Shown here: positions 48,130-59,670 of the stretch, one piece after another
Numbering within the stretch: the first letter of the stretch is position 1
Layout of the letters: the number at the start of each line of letters is the position of its first letter
Source of the DNA: Prorocentrum cordatum
Lineage: Eukaryota
Direction: 5' to 3'
Assembly (NCBI GenBank): GCA_963575745.1
Contig: CAUYUJ010000164.1
Span: 1-64,000 of the forward strand
DNA length: 64,000 bases
Position numbers and translations under genes: made by a program
Notes under the pieces: model-generated
The model's database searches: none
The model's input: the letters and a program-made list of their open reading frames with translations, nothing else
What the model was told of the DNA's origin: nothing

Positions 48130-49544
48130 TTCATCGCTTGCTTTTCGGCGTGCGCTTCTGCTTCGGCGTGCGCTTCTTTACTTTTCCCAGTGACATGCAT
48201 GTGCCTGGATACTTCTGATGATCATTCCTGGACTGCCCCGCGGTGAACTTGTTGCGGCATAATCAGTAATGGTACAAGAAGCATCGGTAGCGCGCGCGCT
48301 TCATCTTTGACAACCAGGTCAATTTGCCCAAACGCGACCACAACTGTTCCGCCGCCAGAGAGTTCAATGTCTTTTTATGCATAGCGACCGGGGGTTTTGC
48401 ATTTGTGTTTCTTGCTGTGATACCCGCCCAAGTAACATTTATCGCACAGCATCCCTCCGAAATGCTTGGCGACCACGCATCCACAATCGCACGCGTACTT
48501 GCCAACAATCATTTTCGTTTTCTTCATATCAACCAAACATTCTTTTTTGCATGCTGTATTCTCACCATTCAACATCTCCGCCAGATGAAGAATTTCGTTG
48601 CCACCTCCTTTGCGGTTCTTCATGTTCACGGTTGCGTAGAGCCCCCCAGTTTGAGTGCGCGCAATCTTTATACTCTCAATTTGAGTAACCGCTCTGCACC
48701 TCGACTTAGCTTTCGCCTTTGCTTTAGCAGAGGCCTGCATCTTTTTGATAAGTCTCTCTACCTTCTTGTCATTCGGACGTCCGGGGAGATTATTCTTGGC
48801 GTGCTTCTTCTCTGTCTCCACGCGCTTCCGGTTGCATTGAAAATTACCATCGGTTACGACGTCGAGCTTACCGCTCGGGGGCTTGTATAACGGATCGTCT
48901 CGGGCAGCGTTGAAAATGACATGCAGGCCTTTGTTGTCCGCGTCGAAAACTTCGCCACCGTCCGGCACTGGGTCGTTGACATCGAAATCAAGAACCCCCT
49001 CTTGCAAGCGCAGGAAGCAAAATCTAACTTGCAAAATGGCTCTGCTTAATTGCTGATTGTCCCTTACATATTGAATTTCTTGACTGGCATTCCCGATGGT
49101 GACGTCAGGATATGACAACGATGTCACTGCGGCCTCGGCGACCGCCGATGCGCCTGCGCGACGCGCGCGGTTCCGCATCTGCACGAGGTAACTATACGTG
49201 AAACCAAGTCGTGCGTGCACTAGAAGAATTGGATTGTTGTCAGTCTTCGTCAGAATGTTTTCCTTCGAACCAGAACGTGCGATGCAGTTGAGTTTGCAAC
49301 GTGACCCGCAAGAGCTGTTCGTGCAAAGCTTAGTTGAATGGCGCACCACGCTGCGCTCAGCTCCGTTCCAAGCAGTGGCATCATGCGCCCAGCAGTGCCC
49401 TCGCTTCTTCTCCAAATCCCAACCGCACTCTCTGCGCGAGTCTATATCAAGACATAGTATCGGAATACTCTCTTCTACCATTGCAGAGCTGACTTTTCCT
49501 GAGTCGGTTAGAAGCCGATATGTTTCCGGCTGGCAAAAAACCAA
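48130..49544 (-). pseudogene. KDZ (Kyakuja-Dileera-Zisupton)-type transposase with N-terminal CxC-like Cys cluster; frameshifted
   Basis: LCTNSSCGSRCKLN, VVTDGN, YACDCGC, YHSKKHKC, then after a frameshift near 48390 LNSLAAEQLWSRL..M..RCFL; premature TGA at 48263; SL relic at 49551-49566. Confidence 0.65.
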
Positions 49545-50308
49545 TATGTTTTGAGCCGATGGCTACTGCCGCGACAACAATCAATACTGCCATCGCAACG
49601 ATATGAAACCGCATGCATGATTAAGTAGAACTGCGAAGTATTAGTTCTTTTTCCTAAGCGCAACATCAAGTTGAGTGTCTCCTGTATCGCTAGCAGCGAC
49701 AGTATGCAAGGACGCGCGTGAGTTTCGCCGCAAGCAGCGGCATTTAAATACAAACGCTCGGCATTAGTTTCGCTGCTAGAAGTAGCGCTTGCATATGCGA
49801 TTGACCAGCAGTCGAAAATTCAACTACCAAAAGGTACGAAGTCAGAGCGTAAGTTGCAAGTTGACAGCAAGCAGCTGCCTTCAGATTCACGTAGCAGAGT
49901 TGCGCAAACCGCCATCGGCACGAAAACTCACGTTGGTGGCCAAACACGTCCTCCTCATCCAAATCAGGGTTGCTCGGGCGAGATCCCGCTGACACTCCCG
50001 CGTTGGCGCGAGACTCATGAACAGCGCGGGCCGTCTCCGCTCTGTCAATTTCCTCCCGCGCTCTCTCCATGTTCCCATCTTCGTCGGCTAGCTCTGCCTC
50101 GGCATTGGTCTTCTCTTTCTTGGGTGCGCCAGGAATCTCTGGCTCCTCTGCCCTGCTGCGCTTCCTCTCAGGCGTGGCAGCAGCCAGATCACACTCGATT
50201 CCGTGGTGAGGTTCTGCTTTCATTCATAGAATGCGCTGCCTTTCCTGCATGTCGTCGAGGGTACCACAAAACGCAGTCGGAGCTGCATTCGCGCTGCGAC
50301 CCAAAGAG

Positions 50309-51909
50309 CTAAACCCAGCAGCCGTCAATATGGGGATGGTCGTATGACTGAGATGACATTAAAGGATCATTGAATAACCCTCTGGCGCCCCGTGCACATG
50401 AAGGCCTGATCGTTCTGGAACGGGGAATCGGCTCGCCCCTCATAGCCCTGCTCAAAGATTCCATCGACCACTTCACATCGTCCTGGTAGTTCGGCGGGAC
50501 ATCATTTAACTGTCCATGTTTCCACTTCTGCATAATAGCTGTCACTTCTGGTTTGAATATATCCATCTCTTCACCATCCGGCCAATGAATGATGGGGACG
50601 TCCACTAACTCCTGTCTAGCATTGCGGTGGATGGTGCCATCGCGAGCGATGACAATGGTGTGGAAACGACGCCTGAATGCTATCCAATCCTCTTCGTCTG
50701 CTTCTTTATCGATTGACGGCATAATAAGCTTCTGCCAATCTTTGTCGGAGATTTTATCTTTCCGCGCAAATCTCTTGGACAATTTACTGCCGTACTGTTG
50801 ACTGACTGCCCGGCGGCGCGAATGCACGTCGAAGCCAGATCCGCCCCATCTGGCGCATAGGACGGCGTCTACCTCCACGGGGTACAACAAAACTTTCACA
50901 AGATCGGCGCCGAACTGATGAAACTTTCCGTCATCAAAGATACACGACTTGAACACGGTGTTTCTTTCACCTCTGAACATATCAATGAATTTGGCAGTCG
51001 CCACAGCAGGTTTCATGTCATCTCTTTTTCTGTTGATATCCAATGGTTGGACACCGTGAAACCGTGCGTCCTTGAACGCAAGCTTTACCACATTCCGAAA
51101 TTCCGATCCATAGAATTCCATGCTCCGTATGTGTCGCAATCTTACGTTTCAGTACCAAGTCCAAAAACCACGGTTTCAAATCCTTGTACGTCGCGAAATT
51201 GAATTCAATCGTCCCGGCCGTAGACACGCCTCTCGCACAACGTTCTAAAAAACGCTCTGCATGTTGCTTCAGGCCAATCCAATATTGGGCTTTCTGGCTT
51301 TTTGGTCCAAGCGCCAACCCGCTCTGCGAATTGTCCTTCGTTGTTTGAGGATGGCTTCATCTTTCGCATAAGTGCATATCCAGCTGAGATTTTGTTGAAA
51401 TCAACGACCTTCTGCTCACCGTCATCTCCTTGCCATTTGCCGTATCGAATCTGAAACCCACCAAGCCCTTCGAATATCTTATGGAATATCTTTTTCGAGC
51501 TCGAAGGGTTGCGAGGCCACCAGCTGTGGCAGCATGTGGTACCGCACGCCAATTCTTCCCCCACCTTAACAAACTCTTGCTGTTATTCGAACATAATGTG
51601 TTCGAATAACAGCAAGAGTGGGTGGGCACAATCGCCGGTGGGCACAATCGCCAACAGCATGGTGCGCACTACTTGCCACGAGCTCGGAGGACCGATTGGT
51701 TGTAGTAAATTGTTGTAGTTGCCCGCCTGCATTCCCTGTGCTATCAATCCTCTCACGTGGTCGTTGTAACTGCCGTCCCAGTCGTCGCTCCACTCACTAT
51801 TTCCATGGAAATCATTTGAAAGTTGCTTGATGGTATTTTGTGCGTTGTCTTCGAACTTCCCACCCCAATCTACAATCCAATCAAGCACCCACTTGTTTTT
51901 CGAATTCAT
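50309..51909 (-). pseudogene. Decayed SF3/AAA+ helicase-like (Rep-like) gene
   Basis: Walker A ILWIGISECGK (~51083-51115), Walker B CIFDD (~50930-50945), ARWGG, and Arg-finger-like AFRRRF, spread over frameshifted minus-strand ORFs. Confidence 0.55.
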
Positions 51910-53179
51910 GTTTCCATGTGGGAATGGGTAAATGGGCCAATCCGCCGACCCTGTCGGCGTGTGCGAGGGGCTTGGCTGTTCAAGTCGTCGTCTCCGTCGG
52001 TCGTCGCCTTCGTCGCCCCCTTTCCCTGCAGCTTCCTTCTCAAGCTCGCGAGCGAGAGAAAAATCTAGCAGTGTCGTAATCGAGCCGAAGGAAAGCCCCT
52101 TCCCTTTGATCCCTTCCCCAGGGGGGGGGGGGGGCCCGGGGGGGGGGTCAAGGGGAGGGTCCCGGGGCCCGGGGTGGTCGGGGGTGGGGTGGGTGGGCGG
52201 GGGGGGGGGGGGCAGATTTTTTGTTCCTCGGGCGGCCTAGAAACATCGAAAACATTCCACATGAGGTCCGAATGCCCAAGATGGCCCCCGAGACGGCCCA
52301 GGAGGGCCCCGAGTCGCCCAAAGACCGGCCGAAAACGCCCAAGATAGCCCCAAGACCGTCCAAGAAGCCTCCAAGACGTCCCCGGCCCCCTCCAAGAGAC
52401 CCCCAGGAAGCCCCAAGGGGCCCCCACGAGGCTTCCAAGCGGCCCCTAGGGGCTTCCCAAGAGGCCCACAAACTACCCCCATGAGGCCCCCAAGAGCGCT
52501 CGTCGTCGTCGTCGTCGTCGCCACTCAGGGTCGGCGGCACCGGCCGTAAGGCCTTCGCATTCCGATATTTCGGTGATCACGGGCGCATCAAATTTGATAG
52601 TCGGATTTTCCGTGGCAAACTGCAACCTCGCATTGGTAATTTGCTTATCCGTATCAGCCAGGATTTGATTTGTTTTCCCTGGCATTTCCAACACAACGCC
52701 CAATGTTTTCATGCCGCCACATATAACGTTAGCCATCACCTAACTCTTTTGCCAACCAACAGTTGGCTAGTCTTCTCTACTTGTAGCTTTGAACCGCTCA
52801 TGGCAAGGCGAGGAGGGAACATATGATAATAACGAGAATGAAAGACGGAGGAGAGGAGAATAATGATAATGATGAGACCAGAAATGAAAGATTATGATAA
52901 TGATACATATTATACAGTATGTAAAAGACGAATTGAAGCGCAGTTATCTTCAGCTCCTGTCGCAGCGGCGGTTTCTCTCCCAGCGGTGAAAGCTCTTGTC
53001 GCAGCAGCGGTATCTCTCCCAGCGGCGATCTCTCGTCCAGTGGCGGAAGCTAAACTGCGAGAGCGGATGATGCTTATCATGCAGTATGTATAATACGAAT
53101 TGAAGCGCAATTATCGTCAGTTCCTGTCGCAGCGACGGTCTCTCTCCCAGCGGCGGAAGCTGCCGTTGCAGCAGCGGTC

Positions 53180-53295
53180 TCTATCCCAACGGCGGTGTCT
53201 CTCCCAGCGGCGGTGTCTCTTCCAGCGGCGGTGTATCTCCCAGCGGCAGTGTCTCTCCCAGCGGCGGTGTCTCTCCCCGCGGCGGTTTCTCTCCC
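53180..53295. repeat. 18-bp tandem repeat (GCGGCGGTGTCTCTCCCA)
   Basis: About 6 consecutive units. Confidence 0.85.
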
Positions 53296-53542
53296 AGCTC
53301 CTGTCGCTTCGCCGCCGCCGTCGTCGTCTTCGCCGCCGGAGGACGAGAGAGAGAGAGAGGTTCAGAGGGAGGGTGAGGAGAGGAGGGCGCGCGGTTCTGC
53401 TCCAGGGGCGCTCCGAGCAGGTCTGCGCTCCGAGCGGCGCCGCAGCGCTCCGTCGAGGGGCGCCCGCGCGCAGAGTGGCTCCTACCCCCTACCTGAGGTT
53501 CCCTGGGGCTCCTGAGGTCCTTTCCCTTCTTCATCCTTTTCC

Positions 53543-53642
53543 NNNNNNNNNNNNNNNNNNNNNNNNNNNNNNNNNNNNNNNNNNNNNNNNNNNNNNNNNN
53601 NNNNNNNNNNNNNNNNNNNNNNNNNNNNNNNNNNNNNNNNNN
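53543..53642. other. Assembly gap (100 N)
   Basis: Run of N. Confidence 1.
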
Positions 53643-56600
53643 TTGTCCCCCGCGCCTTCCCCACCTACGGAGCTTCCACGATCCACATGAACCGACTGCG
53701 CAAGCTCCATCGGCAACTCTGTGAGCTTCGCTTCATCGGACAGCACCATCATTTAGACTGCCGTGCCATCCCGCCGTACCTGGCGCAGCGCATCGACTGC
53801 ACGTGGACCGCGGCCCGCCCCCTATGTCACAAGCTGCGCCCCACGGTTCTCTTAGACTTCCCCGAGGCCTGGACCCCCGACGAGCCAGCACCTCACGGAG
53901 AGCACCTTGACGGTTTGATCCAAAACCTCGACTCAGAGCTGGCGCGACGCGCGAACCGTGCCAAAGCTGAACGCATCAAGATATGGGCTGAAGGCGTCCG
54001 CGAGCCAAGCGGGCGAAAGGCGGCCATATACGCACGGGCTGCTGACAGCTCGCCCACGGCGTATCTCCGCACGCCTACCACTCCTGACGATACGCAGCTC
54101 CACTGCGACACCAACGCCTTCAAACCTGACAAAGCTAGCACGGACGATAGCGACGCCGACACCGAAGCTGCCGGCTTCAGCCCCAGCGACGGTAGTTCGC
54201 CCGACACGGACAACGACGAAGACCACACTTGTGAACCACCACCTGCACAGGTCCCCGACATTCTTCCTGCCAACGCCATTGTTGCTAATACCAAAGACAT
54301 GCTTAAGCTCATGGTCGACACCTGGGAGCCCATCTTGGGCAGGTACCGCGCCCGTGCAGGACATGACGCCGAAGCCATGCCGACGTGGGCTGACTTCTAC
54401 GACGAGTGCCGACAAGAGCTGCCTACGCCATCACCAGCTACCCCTTTCCACCTCACCGACGACCAACTCATCCACTTTATTCGCACCCGTTCACCGCGCC
54501 GTGCGGGGGGACTTGACGGCTGGACTACTAAGGAGGCTAAGGAGTTACCCGACGACATCCTTCGCCTCTTCGCTAGCGTCTTACGCGCTATGCAACGCAC
54601 TGGCACCATCCCAGAACCCCTCCTTCATGTGCCAAACCCGTGCCTCCGAAAAGGCCGAGGCGAACTCCCAACGGACCAACGACTTCTCTCGGTGCTTTCC
54701 GTTTGGATGTATGCGTGGGAAGCGCCAGCTTACCGCAGCCTCACGGACTGGCGGAAAGGATGAACCCACGCCACGAGCTTCGGCGCTGTCCCCAAAGCTA
54801 CCATTGGGGACGTCAGCACCTCTCTTGCCCTGCGCATCGAACACGCCAGGGCCTTACTCCTTCCCTTAGCTGGGGCTGCCCTTGACCGACAGAAGTGTTT
54901 CGACTACCTCATCACGGACATCTGCCTTAACCTTGCGCTTCACGCGGGGTGCCCCCCAAGACATCGTTACTGTCCGCAGAAACTTCTACAGTCGCCACAA
55001 ACGCTACATCCGCATGAACGGAGCGTACTCTAAGGAATTGGCCAGGACCAACGGTCACCTCCAGGGAAGCTCTTGGTCCCTGGACGACATTAAGCTGCTC
55101 ATGTGTGTGTGGACCAAGAGGCAGCATCGATACGTTCCGCGATCACTCAGCACTACCTTTGTTGACGACAGCAACTCCACTACTCACACCGCGCCTGAGT
55201 TGCAGAAATCTCTTGATGAAACCGCCAAGTTTGATCGATTTTCAGGTCAACTCATTCACCCTGGCAAAGTGGCGGGGTGGGCGCTCACCGACGAGCTTCA
55301 CGCCGCCGTTACCCAGCTCACTCTGGCGGAACGGCCCTTACGCGTGGTCGACTCCTTCAAGCTCGTCGGGAGTTACATCAACGCCGAGGCAGCGCCGGCT
55401 CCAGCCGCGCTTAACCTCACGGCCACCGCTGACGCCATGTTCGGAGGGCGACTAGTCGCCTGCCGCGCATTGGCAAGCTCCCATCGCCGATGCTTATTAA
55501 GGCGCGGCACGCCCGTTCCCTTGCTGCCAGCGTCTGAACCACGGGCACCGACATTCAAGCCCCATCAGGCCCCGTCAAAACTGCCTACAACCATGCCCTT
55601 AAGGCGGCTATCCGCCCCAAGGGAAACAAGTGGTCGAGTTTTGGACTCTCATGGCCGTGTGCGTCCCAGGACACGCCCTGGAGATTGACGCCATCACGCA
55701 GCGTGAAGTTTTCCTGTGTCTGCGGCGACAGGTTAATCGCGACGCTACACTCTGCGGTCTCGTCAGGGATCTCCAACACCACGTTCAGACCCTGTTCGGT
55801 GGAGGACCTGTCGGACGACTTGTCCAGTCGCTCCAGCAGCTCCGTTGGACCTGGCCCACATTTGGCATCATGTACGACGACTGGGGCTGCCAGATCTGTT
55901 GGCTGAACTTACCCCAAAACGCCTTCCTTCACATGCTGCGGGCCTCACAACGCAGAGCCTTTCTGAGGAGGATCAAGCCACGGCGTCACGACCTTGGATA
56001 CATTGCCTCTGTCAGACAGGGCCTCGACCTCTTCGCCAGCACGTGGCTCGCCCGAACGAAAGGAGCAGCCAAATGCACTGCCTGGCAGCTGGCGCTCCTC
56101 CTGAACTACCTGTCGGGCGGGGACCACACCCAACAGCGACGATCCCGATCAAACACGTCTGCTGACCCCAGCCCCATTTGCCGATACTGCGACGAGGAAG
56201 AGGAAACTCAGGAGCACACTGTCCGCGACTGCAAGTGCTGGGCCCGAGAAAGACTCCCTCTCACCACCCTCATCAGTGACGAGCAGTGGGCCCGTCTTCC
56301 GCCGCGCACAAGACACTGCGGGCTCTTCGATGAAGACCCAGCCCTCCTCGACCTGCAGGCCGACCTCGCGAGGGACCCGCTACCTCAGCCCATACCGCGG
56401 CCCCCACCTGAGGGAGATCCTGCGGCTTCAGCCCAGGACTCCTACACCACCTACCTTGAACACGACACTGGTTGGACATGGGTCTACGCTGCCACGGACG
56501 GTGCATGCACCAACCAAGCCATCCCATTGCTAGCACGAGCGGGCTACGGCGTCTACTACAGCATCGACCACCGCATGAACTACAGTGCACGCGTTCACGG

Positions 56601-58244
56601 CATTACGCAGAACGCACAGCTTGCGGAGACCCTCGCCATTGTCCACCTCACGGCATGTGCTGAACGGCCCGTACACGTTTTCGTGGACAACCAGGCGGTG
56701 GTCGATGGTTCCAAAGTATCATCGACGGACACTCACCACCGCAGGGCACGCACGTGGAGCTCTGGGAAAAGATCCACCGATGCGTCATGGCCAAGCCCAA
56801 CATGTTCCGCGTCGAGAAAATCGCAAGCCACCTGGGCGACATGGGCATCGACCTTGGGCTCATCGGGCCCATCGCGGAGGAGTTCAATCGTCAGGCTGAC
56901 GCCCTCGCCACAACGGCGGCACGTACTCATAACCTTCCAGACGACATTGTCGAAGCTGCCAAAACACGACATCGCCAAGCGACCGTGCTTCATGGAGTCT
57001 CTGTCGCCATCTACGAGCGTAGACACCGTACACTCCCCCTCCCACACCGCAGGGCTGGGTTCACAGCTGCGGAACTCAACAAAATGGAACCAAAACCCCT
57101 GCTGTCTGACCAGGCACCACCCGCGGCTGGACCAGACATCCCACAGAACCCGGACGAGCTCTGGGCCGAGGCCCAACGGGCGATATTCGACGAACAGGAG
57201 GACGACCCGTTCGGCTTTTGCGGGGGCCTTGACTTCCTAGGCGACGGGCCAGCCAGCGCCAACCTTGCCCCGTCGGGCACCCGCACGTCGCCCTCGACTC
57301 CGCCACTGAGAGCGGCATCGCACCCACATGACAACGCCGCTCACCTTCAAGACGCTGACGAACAGGAGGACGACCTGTTCAGCTTCGGTGGGGGATCGGA
57401 CGCTTTGGACGACGGACCAGTCAGCGAAAACCCTGCCCCATCGGGCCACCTCTCGACGCCTACCGCGACTCCGTCCCCGAGAGCGACATCGCCCCCATAC
57501 GATGATATCGGCTCCCGCCAAGACGCCGACGACGACCTGGGTGACCCCCGCGGACTGAGTGGCATAGACGACGCACCGCCGACACCCCACGCTGCCGACC
57601 ATGCCGCCCTACCGAGACGCCACCCTTCTACGCGGCCGACCTCAGAGCCCTCGCACGGCATCATGATTGGTCCCACCGCGCAAACCACTACGCCCCCCCA
57701 CCAGCGGCAGCCCGCGGGGGCGGCTTCAGCCCCCCCGCAGGGCACTGAACCAGACAGGCCCTCGCGCCCCGTCCACGCTTCCATCGTTGCTGCGCGAGAG
57801 GATGCGGCTCTCCCGACCTCTCGGGGCGTGGCCCTAGCGGCTCCAGCCCTGGGGTCGCGTGTTCCCCTCCAGTCACCTTTCAAGGGTGACGGACGACAGC
57901 GTACAGGGTGCCGCACTACGCTAGTCCACCATTTGGACAAGCGTACCGAGGACCTCGCCTCTGTCTCGAGGCCCTCGGCCGCTGGCACTGAGCAGCCACC
58001 CCTCACCGACCGCGAAACCGAGCTGTCCCAGGCTATGGCTGCTCTCCAGCAGAGGTGCGTTGCTCTCGCCGCGGACCTCGCCGCCGCCCAAGCTCGCCAA
58101 GGCCCTCTACTCCAGCGCCTCCACAGCGCCGGGCGAGCCTTCGCCGAGCTGCTCGCGCCCTCGCCCGATGGTGCCGTGCCGTCACTCACCATCCAAGCTA
58201 TGCTGTCATCGTTCCGCGGCGCTCCACCTGGTGCCCCGCGCTAA
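53643..58244 (+). mobile_element. Second non-LTR retrotransposon, decayed: RT (~54500-55280), CCHC zf-RVT-like finger (~56175-56240), C-terminal RNase H (~56485-56930)
   Basis: AGGLDGW, LRKG..DQRLLSV, LDRQKCFD, NGHLQGSSWS, TFVDDS; CRYC..EET.EH...C; ATDGAC, GYGVY, AQLAE, VDNQ, KIASH, N..AD.LA. Several frameshifts and stops; 5' part lost at the gap. Confidence 0.85.
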
Positions 58245-58609
58245 TCTCCTCCTTTCTGCCTGCCCGTGTGTACGCGTGGCTCCGCGTCCACGGTGTCAGG
58301 GCGCGGGGGCGGGGGGTGCCCCGTCACTGCGCGCCGCCTTGCGGCCAAGCGCCCAACTGGCGGTCTGCCAAGCCGCCTAGCCACGTGTCAGCACGTCGCC
58401 TTTCTTGTTGGGGCCTCTTTCTTTACGCGGTCTGACAGGTGAGATCATCGCCGTCTGTCCGCCGTCTGTAGCGTCTGTCGCACTGCGCCGGGGGAGGGGG
58501 TTTTTGTTGCCCGCCCTCGCATCTAAAGGCTGCACCGCCGCAAATAGTGTTTAGCGAGTTGTCGCACCGCAGTGCGCCTCGCGGACGGACCCTGGTCCGC
58601 CTACTTGTC

Positions 58610-58669
58610 CGCTCTCCTCCTTCTCTCTCTCTCGTTATCTCTCTCTCTCTCTCTCTCGCTATCTCTCCT

Positions 58670-58720
<51 letters not shown>

Positions 58721-58733
58721 CTCGTTCTCGTTC

Positions 58734-58771
<38 letters not shown>

Positions 58772-59670
58772 CTCGATCGAGCGAGCGAGCGAGCCGAGCG
58801 AGTAAGTTTTTTTTTTTTTATAATAGGGATCTCTACTCTCTCATCCTCTCTCTCTCTCTCGTCTTCTCTCTCTCTCTCTCCCTCCCTCCCTCTCTCGTCT
58901 CCTCTCTCATCTCTCTCCTCTCTCGCCTCCTCTTCTCTCTCTCTCTCTCTCCGTCTCTCCGCTCTCTTCTCTCTCTCGCTCTCTCTCTCTTCTCCTCTCT
59001 CTCTCTCTCTCTCTCCTCTCTTCTCCGTGCCTCGATCCTCCTCCTCCCCCTCCTCCTCCTCCTCCTCCTCCTCCTCCCCTCCTCCTCCCCCTTCCCCACC
59101 CCCTCCCCCCTCCCCATCCTCCTCCTCCTCATCCTCCTATCCCCCTCATCCTCCTCCTCATCAGTATCATCATCATATCATCACATCATCATCAGCATCA
59201 ATCCAATCACAATCATCATCATCATCATCAGCATCATCATCATCATCATAGTTCATAATCATCATCATTAAATCAATCATCATCTCTTTTCATCTTTACC
59301 TCCAGCATCATCATCAGCCCCGGCCCTCCTAAATCAACCTCATCCTCACATTCATCAGCATCATCATCCGCATCATCATAGCATCACCATCAGCAGCATC
59401 ACCACCATCAGCATCATCAGCATCGTCATCATCATCATTATCATCACCATTATCATCATCAATATCATCATCATCGTCATCATCATCATCACCACCACCA
59501 TCATCACCATCATCAGCAGCAGCAGCACCCCCCCTCATCCCCCTCTTCCTCCTGCTCCTCCACCCCCTCGAGCCGCCTCCTCCTCCTCCTCCCTGATCCC
59601 CATCCTCCTCATCCATCTCCTCCTCCTCTTCCTCTTCCTCCCCCCCTTCCCCTCCTCCCCCCCTCCCTCC
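58610..59670. repeat. (CT)n, (CCT)n and (CAT)n microsatellites
   Basis: Direct reading. Confidence 0.9.
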
